Source of the DNA: Chthonomonas calidirosea
GTDB taxonomy: Bacteria; Armatimonadota; Fimbriimonadia; Fimbriimonadales; Fimbriimonadaceae
Assembly (NCBI GenBank): GCA_945859975.1
Contig: CAMAPH010000054.1
Span: 1-14,354, forward strand
Length of the DNA stretch: 14,354 nucleotides
Direction of reading: 5' to 3'
In this document: positions 7,410 through 14,354 of the stretch, one piece after another
How positions within the stretch are numbered: the first letter of the stretch is position 1
How the letters are laid out: each line of letters opens with the position of its first letter
Position numbers and translations under genes: made by a program
The notes under the pieces: model-generated
Database searches by the model: none
Seen by the model: only the letters and a program-made list of their open reading frames with translations
What the model was told of the DNA's origin: nothing

Positions 7410-8174
7410 GTGTTTGAATGGGTAAGTTCACCGGCGGCCTGGGCCGGTCTCTTCACGCTTTTGCTGTTGGAGATCGTCCTAGGCATCGACAACATCGTGT
7501 TCATCTCGATCTTGGCCGGCAAGTTGCCGACCAAGGAAGAGCAAGAAAAGGCCCGAAAGATGGGTCTCGGTATCGCGCTGATTTCGCGAATCTTGCTGGT
7601 GCTATCGGCAAGCTGGATTGTTAGCCTAACCAAGCCAATCTTCACGATTCCCGGCATTGCGGATCATCACATCGCGGAGATATCCGCGCGTGACCTTATC
7701 CTGATCCTCGGTGGTGTCTTCTTGATCTATAAAGCGGTCAAAGAGATTCACCATAAACTGGAAGGCGCCGATGATGCACACAATGCCAATGCAAAGCCAA
7801 AACTCTCGGCGATCCTCGCGCAGATTCTCTTGCTCGACGTTGTGTTCTCGATCGACAGCGTCATCACCGCTGTCGGCATGGTGAAGGAAGTTTCGATCAT
7901 GGTCGTCGCCGTTATTGGCGCGGTGGCGTTTATGCTCGTTTATTCGGGTCCGATTGCTCGGTTCGTCGAAAAACATCCAACCGTGAAGGTGCTTGCGCTT
8001 TCGTTCCTCATTATGATCGGCACTAGCCTGATCGCGGAAGGAACTGGCTTTGAAATTCCGAAGGGCTATATCTACTGCAGCATGGCGTTCGCCATTCTGG
8101 TAGAAGCCATCAACCTCCGGGTTCGGCCGAAGCATGCCCCGGCCGACAAACCTTCAATCGAAGAAGCTCACTAA
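7410..8174 (+). CDS. TerC family integral membrane protein (YgdQ/UPF0053-like, no CBS domains)
   Basis: LEIVLGIDNIVFISIL, RDLILILGGVFLIYKAVKEIH, QILLLDVVFSIDSVITAVGM, HPTVKVLALSFL and KGYIYCSMAF; multiple hydrophobic helices; GTG start. Confidence 0.96.
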   Translation: MFEWVSSPAAWAGLFTLLLLEIVLGIDNIVFISILAGKLPTKEEQEKARKMGLGIALISRILLVLSASWIVSLTKPIFTIPGIADHHIAEISARDLILILGGVFLIYKAVKEIHHKLEGADDAHNANAKPKLSAILAQILLLDVVFSIDSVITAVGMVKEVSIMVVAVIGAVAFMLVYSGPIARFVEKHPTVKVLALSFLIMIGTSLIAEGTGFEIPKGYIYCSMAFAILVEAINLRVRPKHAPADKPSIEEAH

Positions 8175-8178
8175 GCGC

Positions 8179-9072
8179 TTACGTCAGGCTGAGCCAGTCT
8201 GACGGAGCCGCTTCCTGCCATCTTCGGCGGAATTCCATATTGAGAGCCTCATCCGCTGGATAGCGGGTGAGGTTCTCGACGTTTTGGCGGAACCGACTCT
8301 TTGATGAGGAACCCACGATGGCCGTGCAAACAGCCGGCTGGCTCAGCGTAAAGTTCAATGCTCGGGCTACGGCTTCGTCGCCTGCCGTCTGGAGCGCAGC
8401 GTACTGGAGAACTTGGAAGCGCTCCCAATACGGTCGCGCGTACAGCCCTTCCTCGGGCTCAGAGAGCCACGCGGCGTTTGCGACGGGACGCTTGACGATG
8501 ACTCCAACTTGGCGCTCCGCCGCGTGCGGCAGGACATTCGTGATGTTGGCCTGGTCCATCACATTTACCGAGCATTGGAGAGCGTCAAATTGGCCAGATT
8601 CCACCGCGAACTTCGCCGCCTCGTTGTCCCCGCTGTAGCCAATGTAGCGCGCCTTTCCGGCCGCCTTGGCTTCCTCCAGAACTTCGATGACTTCTCCTTT
8701 CTGGAGAAGTTCGAGCGAGCAAGTGTGAAGCTGGATCAGGTCAACGTAGTCGGTCTGTAAGCGCTGGAGAGATCGGTCGATCTGCTTTCGAAGCATTTCG
8801 GGCTCCCAATCTTCGCCCTCCATCCCGCTGGTGTGACCGCACTTCGTGAACAGGTAGAACTCGCTTCGGCGGTGACTGACCGCTTTGCCGATCTTCTCTT
8901 CGCTATCTCGGTAGCACTCGGCGGTGTCGATGATGTTCAGCCCGGCATCGAGCGCGTCGTTCAGAAGATCATCGACAACGTCTTGGGGTGTTTCTCGGAA
9001 ACCGATCTCCGAGGTGCCGTAGCCGATCGCGGACACTTTCATGTCCGTCTTGCCGAACTGCCGATATTGCAT
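8179..9072 (-). CDS. Aldo/keto reductase
   Basis: MQYRQFGKTDMKVSAIGYG; catalytic tetrad D/Y (IDTAECY), K (FTKCG), H (SLQRLQTDYVDLIQLH); GKARYIGYS. Confidence 0.96.
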   Translation of the reverse strand: MQYRQFGKTDMKVSAIGYGTSEIGFRETPQDVVDDLLNDALDAGLNIIDTAECYRDSEEKIGKAVSHRRSEFYLFTKCGHTSGMEGEDWEPEMLRKQIDRSLQRLQTDYVDLIQLHTCSLELLQKGEVIEVLEEAKAAGKARYIGYSGDNEAAKFAVESGQFDALQCSVNVMDQANITNVLPHAAERQVGVIVKRPVANAAWLSEPEEGLYARPYWERFQVLQYAALQTAGDEAVARALNFTLSQPAVCTAIVGSSSKSRFRQNVENLTRYPADEALNMEFRRRWQEAAPSDWLSLT

Positions 9073-9078
9073 GAAGGA

Positions 9079-9084
9079 AAGTTA
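9079..9084 (-). promoter_or_regulatory. -10 box TAACTT, 6 nt before the aldo/keto reductase ATG (leaderless-type)
   Basis: The minus strand reads cggTAACTTtccttcATG: pyrimidine-rich, no SD, 17-bp intergenic gap. Confidence 0.55.
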
Positions 9085-9089
9085 CCGCA

Positions 9090-10994
9090 CTAGCCAGCGC
9101 GCTGAGCGTTCAGTTCTTCGAGCCGGATGTTCTGCTCTTCCCACGCCGACATCGTGCCTTCGAGGGCTTCCTTCGCGACTTGGTACTCGGTGGTAAGGGC
9201 CAGGATGTCTGCGTCCGGCTTCAGGTTCGCCAAGTCGGCTTCGATGTCCTTGATGTCCTGTTCCTGGTCGGAAATGCGATTCTCGAGCTCGGAGATCAAC
9301 TTCTCCGTCCGCTCGATTTCCTTGCTGAGTTCGCGCGGAGAAAGCTTAGGTTCCTTGGGTTCCTCGACGACCTTCTTCTGATTGTTTGGCTGGACTTTCG
9401 GTGCGATCGTTGCGCCGCGACGGTAGTCGTCGAAGGTGGAGTTGTAGATGACGCAGCCCGATTTCTTGACATCGAGGATGTTGTCTGCGATTTGACTGAG
9501 CAGCCATCGGTCGTGCGAGACCATGATGAGCGTGCCTTTGTACTCTCGCAGAACATCGACCAACGCGTCTCGGCTCGCCATGTCCAAGTGGTTGGTAGGC
9601 TCGTCCAAAACGAGAAGGTTCGGGTTCAAATGGGTAAGTTTGGCTAGCGAAAGCTTATTCTTTTCACCGCCGCTCAAGGTCTTGATCGGACGATACACGT
9701 CGTCTCCCGTGATCAAGAATCGCCCCAGAAGGTTTCGCGCATCGGGTGGCTTGAGGTCTAGGCCGAAGACGAAGTAGTCCAACGGCGACTCTTCCGGATC
9801 AAGGTCGCTGGCGTCCTGCGTGAAGTAGCCCGCTGTGACGTTGCTACCAAGGCGAACCAAGCCGCCTTGCGCTTCCAACTCGTTCATCGCGACTTTGATC
9901 AGCGTCGATTTTCCGGCACCGTTCTCGCCAATCACGCCCCATCTTTCGCCGATTCGGACCGTCCAGTCCAGGCCTTTGATGAGCGTCGTTCCTGGGAAGC
10001 CGACGTCCAGCTTTTGCGTTGCCAGAACAATATCGCCCGATCGCGTCGCTTCGCCAAACCCGCCGCGCATTTGGCGGTCGTTCTTTGGAGCTTCGACTTT
10101 AGTCTCGATCAGCCGGTTCATCAGCTTCAACCGACCCCGCGCCTGGGCGGTTCGCTGGCTGTTCATAAACCGCCGAACGTATTCGTCCATCTTGGCGATC
10201 TCGCGATCCTGCTGCCGCGCGACCTCGGCCATGCGGGCGTCTTCTTCCTTTCGAAGATCAAGGAATTTCTCGAACGGACCAGGGTACGCAAAGACTTGTT
10301 GCTGCCGTAGTTCAAGAACCCGCTCGGCCGTATTGTTCAAGAACGTTCGGTCGTGACTTACCAACAAGACCGCGCCGTGGTAGGCCTTGATCCAGCCTTC
10401 GAGCCATTCCGTCGCCTGAAGGTCAAGGTGGTTCGTAGGTTCGTCGAGGATCAACAGCTCGGGTTCTTCGAGAAGCAATCGGGCAAGCGCAAGCCGCGTT
10501 CGCTCGCCGCCGGACAGCTTAGAAGTCGGCTTGTCAAACTCGTCCTCGGTGAATCCGAGTCGCTTAAGAACCGCTCGCATGTCGGTCTCGGCGCTATAGC
10601 CTTCGGCGTCCAGAAAGTGCTCGTGGACCAGGGCGTACTCGTCGATGTCCTCTTGGCTCGCCGTGCCCGAATCCAGTTTGAGTTGAAGTTCTTCAAGGCG
10701 AGCTTGCAGCTCGAGCTGATGCTCACGAGCTGACTGCGCTTCTTCCAGAACGGTCTTGCCGCTGGTGACCGGCATGTCCTGCTTCAGGTAGCCGATCTTC
10801 GCGCCGCGAGCAAGGTTGCACGATCCGTTATCCGGCTTGTACTGCCCTGTGATGATCCGTAATAGGGTGGTCTTCCCGGCCCCGTTTCGCCCGACCAAGG
10901 CCACTTTTTCTCGGTTTTCCAAGCGAAAAGTGACCCCGTCCAAGACGACATCGACATTAAAGGCTTTTCGGACGTTGGAAACGGACAGCAACAT
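9090..10994 (-). CDS. ABC-F family ribosome-associated ATPase (YdiF/YheS/Uup-like) with C-terminal coiled coil
   Basis: Two ABC domains (GRNGAGKTT/LSGGERTR/LILDEPTNHLD/VSHDR and GENGAGKST/LSGGEKNK/LVLDEPTNHLD/VSHDR), no transmembrane helices, inter-domain linker (RRFMNSQRTAQARGRLK), acidic coiled-coil C-terminus. Confidence 0.96.
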   Translation of the reverse strand: MLLSVSNVRKAFNVDVVLDGVTFRLENREKVALVGRNGAGKTTLLRIITGQYKPDNGSCNLARGAKIGYLKQDMPVTSGKTVLEEAQSAREHQLELQARLEELQLKLDSGTASQEDIDEYALVHEHFLDAEGYSAETDMRAVLKRLGFTEDEFDKPTSKLSGGERTRLALARLLLEEPELLILDEPTNHLDLQATEWLEGWIKAYHGAVLLVSHDRTFLNNTAERVLELRQQQVFAYPGPFEKFLDLRKEEDARMAEVARQQDREIAKMDEYVRRFMNSQRTAQARGRLKLMNRLIETKVEAPKNDRQMRGGFGEATRSGDIVLATQKLDVGFPGTTLIKGLDWTVRIGERWGVIGENGAGKSTLIKVAMNELEAQGGLVRLGSNVTAGYFTQDASDLDPEESPLDYFVFGLDLKPPDARNLLGRFLITGDDVYRPIKTLSGGEKNKLSLAKLTHLNPNLLVLDEPTNHLDMASRDALVDVLREYKGTLIMVSHDRWLLSQIADNILDVKKSGCVIYNSTFDDYRRGATIAPKVQPNNQKKVVEEPKEPKLSPRELSKEIERTEKLISELENRISDQEQDIKDIEADLANLKPDADILALTTEYQVAKEALEGTMSAWEEQNIRLEELNAQRAG

Positions 10995-11021
10995 GGGATC
11001 GGATGCTTTGCGGCAACCGAG

Positions 11022-11027
11022 AATGTA
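11022..11027 (-). promoter_or_regulatory. -10 box TACATT upstream of the ABC-F gene (short leader)
   Basis: The minus strand reads cggTACATT, 27 nt before ATG, in the same cggTAnnTT context as the AKR promoter. No SD. Confidence 0.45.
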
Positions 11028-11036
11028 CCGCGTTCC

Positions 11037-13619
11037 TTACTTGCCAGCCCGGAAAATGGCGTTGAAAAGCAACTTAAACGATCCGTGGCTCTGGCCGCGG
11101 AAGTTGACTTCTGGGCCAAAGAGCACAACCTTGCCTTTGCCAACGCTGACATCCACGATGGCGGTGGTTCCTTTGAGCCTCTCCTGTCCCCAAGCCCAGC
11201 CCGAGCGGAGGGGCTTGTCGGTCACGAACGTTGCGACCGGGGACACCGGTGCATCGGCAGGCAGCAAGAATGCCGGACTGTCATCGAAGATCACATCCAA
11301 GTCCTTGTCGCTATAGCCAAGCGTCAGCGGTCCTGGGTTCAGCCTCAAGCTGAGCACCGATCCGGGAATGTAGAACTTGGTATCTGGAATCGGCTTACCG
11401 TCTTCTTGTAAAGCGCTCATCGCCGGGAGACCCAGGTGCTTGGCCAGGTTCCCGGCACTGCTGCCGATCCCAATCACGTGCCCGCCCGCTTCAACGAATG
11501 CCTTCAATCTCGGCATCGTTTTGCTCACCGAGATGTTCGCCCATCGGCGCTTGAGCTCCGCCGAAATGGTCGGATCATCGGCCAAGGGGTTAGTGGCGCC
11601 GCGAGTCGAATCTTGCGAAGGCACCGCTCCGGACGGAAAAACAATGACGTCATATTTCGCCGCGAGATCCGCGTTGTCCAGGTCTTCGCCGTACACCACT
11701 TCGTAGTTAAAGCCGAATTCATCAAACAGCCATCGCGTCCAGCCGCTCGGCATGCTGCCGCCGTAGCGATCCCAAAGCGCGATGCGGACCGGCTTCACCG
11801 GAGTCGTCGCACTCCGATCCATCACCTGCGTCGTTCGGCCGTAGGTTCGTCCCTTCAGCACGGTCGCCAGCTTCTGTGCATCCCCCGAAACCGCAAACGC
11901 ACCGGCAACCGATCGCTCAACCTTCAGGCCCGCCTTCAAAGCCACGTTCGCAATCGCAAACGACTCGTTCTCACCCGCTGGAAGTGCAACCGTATCGGCA
12001 CCGGTGGTTGGAAGGTCAACGAGGTTCTTGGCAGAACTGATCGTTCCGGCGCTGTACGTTCGCTCTTCGAGCACTCGGTCAAACTTAACACCCATCTGAT
12101 ACGCCAGCGTATAGCCCGCGTTGTCATACGGAGCGATCGGCGGTCCGCCCGGATATCGGAAGTCATTTGGATAATCCTGCGGCTCAAACATATCCAAAAC
12201 GTGTGGTCGATACGGCTGCGCGGTTCGAACAACCAAAGATCCAGCTGGATATCCAAACTGGTCACCTTTCAACTGCTCAACGCGAACCCCCGTGCGCAGT
12301 AATGCTTCCGCAAACCGGCAAGCCGCTCCCCAGTTCTCCTGGCTCTTCGGAATCACGTATGCCCGAGCGTCTCGCAATTCTGGCTTGGTGAGCGCCTCCG
12401 CCTTCAGTTCACGGATTCGGCTCGGATACCGGGTCCAGTAATCCTTTTGCCCACGCTCAATCGAGTTCTTTCCGGCACGATAGACGCTAAAGAGCAGCTT
12501 CTCCCGATAGCGAGAGGCATAGTCGAGAATCGCGTAGTTCGCCTGAGTCTCGTACTGTAGCGAGTCCTTCAGGTGCCACAAGCGGGTATCAACCGGCTTG
12601 GGTAGATCAATCGAAGGAATCTGCCGCTCGGTCAAAAACGGTACGGTTGTCGGGTTTGGGCTCCCCCAAGTCTCGGTGAGAATACCGACCTGGTTGTGGA
12701 AGTAAGTCGTCGTCCGCAATCCCCCGTTCCACCATGCCGAGAACGACGCGCCGTCGCGCATCACGGTCCCGCCTAGTCCTTCCGAGATCAGCCTCTGGTG
12801 CATGTTGAGCCCGACCACATCCGTCGCGGTCTGGATGATCGGATCGACGTGGTAGTTGAAGGGGTTCCGGAACGGCGGAATGAACATGATCGTGCCGCTC
12901 GGCGCGCTTTGGTGGTGGTTGTAGACCACCTGCGGATGCCATGTCTCATACAGCACCCGGTTCATGTTCCGCGTCTCCGCCATGTTCATCGCATAGAAAT
13001 CGCGATTGTTGTCATGGCCGCCGTACTTTTGGTACAGCTCTGGGATATTCGCGAGGGACCGTTGCCGTGCGACCGGTTGTCGCATGTACCAATTGCTCAC
13101 CAAATCCATGCCATCTGGGTTCGCGTGCACGAGCAAAATGATCGTGTCTTTCAGGATCCGATTGTTTTCGGCATCGGTCCGACTCACGAGCTGATACGCC
13201 GTCTCGATAAGCTGCTGCGCGCCGAGGACCTCGTTGGCGTGCAAACCGCCATCAATCCAAACCACCGACTTCGCTTTCTTCGCCGCTTCCCGGGCAAGCT
13301 CGTCGGTCGCAAAATCCGCCTGGCTGAATTTATCACTGACTTTGCGGTGCCGCTCGAGATACTTCAGGTTCAGCGGATCGCTGATGATCGTCATCCACTG
13401 CTCGCGCCCGAACTCGGTCTTGCCCATGCTGACCAAGCGGGCGCGAGGGCTTGCCTTTGCAAGAGCCTGCCAATACCTGGTCAGGTCCTGATAGTTGGCA
13501 AGCCAATAGTCCTCGCACACGTCATGGCCAAAGAACTCCTTCGGGCTCGGAACTTGGGCCAGTACGGAACTAGCAACCAGGAATGAGGATAAGACCAAAG
13601 GGGTGCGCCAGCGAATCAT
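11037..13619 (-). CDS. Secreted M14 family zinc carboxypeptidase with C-terminal class I glutamine amidotransferase-like domain (860 aa)
   Basis: Zinc ligands HxxE (DGGLHANE) and YNHHQ; NPDG; GHDNNRD; likely catalytic Glu in ILTET; C-terminal SMPSGWTRWLF...YDVIVFPSG...FVEAGG. Start moved from 13688 to ATG 13619 because MIRWRTPLVLSSFLVASSVLA-Q is a clean signal peptide, the overlap with the VOC gene disappears, and TAGAAT lies 7 nt upstream. Confidence 0.92.
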   Translation of the reverse strand: MIRWRTPLVLSSFLVASSVLAQVPSPKEFFGHDVCEDYWLANYQDLTRYWQALAKASPRARLVSMGKTEFGREQWMTIISDPLNLKYLERHRKVSDKFSQADFATDELAREAAKKAKSVVWIDGGLHANEVLGAQQLIETAYQLVSRTDAENNRILKDTIILLVHANPDGMDLVSNWYMRQPVARQRSLANIPELYQKYGGHDNNRDFYAMNMAETRNMNRVLYETWHPQVVYNHHQSAPSGTIMFIPPFRNPFNYHVDPIIQTATDVVGLNMHQRLISEGLGGTVMRDGASFSAWWNGGLRTTTYFHNQVGILTETWGSPNPTTVPFLTERQIPSIDLPKPVDTRLWHLKDSLQYETQANYAILDYASRYREKLLFSVYRAGKNSIERGQKDYWTRYPSRIRELKAEALTKPELRDARAYVIPKSQENWGAACRFAEALLRTGVRVEQLKGDQFGYPAGSLVVRTAQPYRPHVLDMFEPQDYPNDFRYPGGPPIAPYDNAGYTLAYQMGVKFDRVLEERTYSAGTISSAKNLVDLPTTGADTVALPAGENESFAIANVALKAGLKVERSVAGAFAVSGDAQKLATVLKGRTYGRTTQVMDRSATTPVKPVRIALWDRYGGSMPSGWTRWLFDEFGFNYEVVYGEDLDNADLAAKYDVIVFPSGAVPSQDSTRGATNPLADDPTISAELKRRWANISVSKTMPRLKAFVEAGGHVIGIGSSAGNLAKHLGLPAMSALQEDGKPIPDTKFYIPGSVLSLRLNPGPLTLGYSDKDLDVIFDDSPAFLLPADAPVSPVATFVTDKPLRSGWAWGQERLKGTTAIVDVSVGKGKVVLFGPEVNFRGQSHGSFKLLFNAIFRAGK

Positions 13620-13626
13620 CCCGGCC

Positions 13627-13632
13627 ATTCTA
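13627..13632 (-). promoter_or_regulatory. -10 box TAGAAT, 7 nt before the M14 peptidase ATG (leaderless-type)
   Basis: The minus strand reads cgtTAGAATggccgggATG, a 5/6 match to TATAAT. Confidence 0.65.
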
Positions 13633-13639
13633 ACGGCTT

Positions 13640-14023
13640 TTAAGCGGCTTCGACTTCCGAATTTGTCTCTTCGGCATACAAGGCACATACCGCCCCAGCA
13701 GGATCTTTGATGATCGCCATCGACCCACCACCAGATTGATGCACAACTTCGCCGCCATTAGCCACCACTTTCTCTAGGGCATCCGCAAGATTGGCGACCG
13801 TGATGTATAGCAGCCACTGCGGTGGAATACCAGCGTTCACCCCGCGAGCGTGACATATCCCCGATACGCCATCTCCCGAAGGGGACTTCATCACGTAGTC
13901 TTCATACTCGCCCATGTCTAACCCTTCCGGGGTCCAGCCGACAACGGCTGAATAAAAGTCGCGCACTTCAGGGGCATTTGGGACCGTTAGGTCATGCCAA
14001 GTAATGGAACCGTGGGTACTCAC
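13640..14023 (-). CDS. VOC (glyoxalase/bleomycin-resistance) family protein, 127 aa
   Basis: GSITWHDLTV...DFYSAVVGW...GICHARG.NAGIPPQWLLYITVANL...GGEVV...MAIIKDPAGAVCAL. Start moved from 14092 to GTG 14023, because the upstream extension covers the promoter region and a full promoter precedes this GTG. Confidence 0.93.
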   Translation of the reverse strand: MSTHGSITWHDLTVPNAPEVRDFYSAVVGWTPEGLDMGEYEDYVMKSPSGDGVSGICHARGVNAGIPPQWLLYITVANLADALEKVVANGGEVVHQSGGGSMAIIKDPAGAVCALYAEETNSEVEAA

Positions 14024-14029
14024 CGGATA

Positions 14030-14058
14030 AGTGTAAGGTTTTTTGGTGGGAATGACAA
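14030..14058 (-). promoter_or_regulatory. Sigma70-type promoter TTGTCA-N17-TACACT, 6 nt before the VOC GTG (leaderless)
   Basis: -35 at 14053-14058 (5/6 match), exact 17-bp spacer, -10 at 14030-14035, then tatccg-GTG. Confidence 0.75.
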
Positions 14059-14068
14059 GACAAAGCGA

Positions 14069-14074
14069 CATAAT
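14069..14074 (+). promoter_or_regulatory. -10-like CATAAT upstream of the DEAD-box helicase
   Basis: 5/6 match to TATAAT in the divergent intergenic gap. No convincing -35 at 17 bp. Confidence 0.45.
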
Positions 14075-14077
14075 AGA

Positions 14078-14112
14078 GATGCCTGCACGCATTTCTGCGT
14101 CGGGTGTTTTTT
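14078..14112 (+). terminator. Terminator-like hairpin plus T6 in the 5' leader of the DEAD-box helicase (attenuator or translational switch candidate)
   Basis: GCCTG-c-ACGCA-tttc-TGCGT-CGGGT-g-TTTTTT-ATG: a 5-bp perfect upper stem, one bulged C, a 5-bp lower stem with two G-U pairs, then six T directly before ATG. Confidence 0.55.
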
Positions 14113-14354
14113 ATGTTACAAACCCCAAATACGGCAGGCTTTGATGGTCTGCACCTGAGCCCGCGAACTCTCGCAACGCTCAGCAAGCTCGGATACTCAA
14201 CGCCTACGCCGATCCAGGCGGCAACCATTCCCTCTGCAGTAGACGGAAAGGACGTCATTGGTCTCGCCCAGACCGGAACGGGCAAAACACTGGCTTTCGC
14301 CCTCCCCATCGTAGAGCGAGTGCAAAAAGGGCAGTGTGCCCTCGTCATGGCCCC
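14113..14354 (+). CDS. DEAD/DEAH-box RNA helicase (partial; runs off the right edge)
   Basis: Manual translation gives [81 protein letters not shown]. This contains the conserved upstream F, Q motif (GYSTPTPIQ), motif I (AQTGTGKT) and the start of motif Ia. Confidence 0.96.
   Translation, partial: MLQTPNTAGFDGLHLSPRTLATLSKLGYSTPTPIQAATIPSAVDGKDVIGLAQTGTGKTLAFALPIVERVQKGQCALVMA

Noticed and set aside
9090..10994. Antibiotic-resistance (ARE) ABC-F call
   Set aside because: No obviously extended linker, a housekeeping-type C-terminal coiled coil, and no long attenuator leader or mobile context. A subfamily HMM search would settle it.
10957..11016. Possible TTG-initiated 19-aa uORF (MPQSIRSHVAVRFQRPKSL) overlapping the ABC-F start out of frame
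   Set aside because: TTG is only 5 nt after the -10 box, leaderless TTG starts are inefficient, and there is no independent support.
4649..13586. Long antisense ORFs (4649..5404, 5456..6319, 11436..12302, 12798..13586 and others)
   Set aside because: All lie opposite well-supported CDSs and show no domains or initiation signals.
13620..13688. N-terminal extensions called by the ORF track for the M14 (13688) and VOC (14092) genes
   Set aside because: They overlap the neighbouring gene or promoter region. The downstream starts give a proper signal peptide or family N-terminus and follow -10 boxes.
13992..14348. 118-aa minus-strand ORF
   Set aside because: Antisense shadow of the DEAD-box helicase N-terminus.
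1..14354. CRISPR arrays, IS elements, prophage, defence genes, inteins, tRNA or rRNA
   Set aside because: No spaced direct repeats, transposase or integrase motifs, intein signatures or RNA-gene structures seen. The only repeats are protein-level (Asp-box, TopA C-terminus).
9090..14354. A cold-shock/translation cluster formed by ABC-F, the DEAD-box helicase and topA
   Set aside because: The genes are on different strands, separated by unrelated genes, and have their own candidate promoters. No shared motif links them.

Overview
Gene-dense bacterial chromosomal window of moderately high GC, with no mobile element, CRISPR array, rRNA or tRNA. The gene style and leaderless starts suggest Armatimonadota/Fimbriimonadaceae, but this is inference only. 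Left to right: (-) the N-terminal 328 aa of a secreted, probably transglutaminase-domain protein running off the left edge (missed by the ORF track); (+) topA with four zinc-free C-terminal repeats and a Lys-rich tail, followed 2 nt later by a GNAT acetyltransferase with an apparent 22-aa internal duplication; (+) a secreted Asp-box/VPS10-type beta-propeller protein; (+) a TerC-family membrane protein; (-) aldo/keto reductase, ABC-F ATPase, secreted M14 zinc carboxypeptidase and VOC protein; (+) the 5' end of a DEAD-box RNA helicase running off the right edge (also missed by the track). The protein families are known ones. The most interesting signals are regulatory: (i) a terminator-like hairpin plus U6 that fills the helicase leader and hides its SD-like site; (ii) mirror-image divergent promoter-like elements TTTGACR-N16-TGTGAMTT between the transglutaminase-like gene and topA; (iii) TAnnnT boxes 6-7 nt before four start codons, implying leaderless mRNAs. 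I cannot establish a genuinely new system from sequence alone. The best candidates are the helicase leader switch and the topA-GNAT pair.
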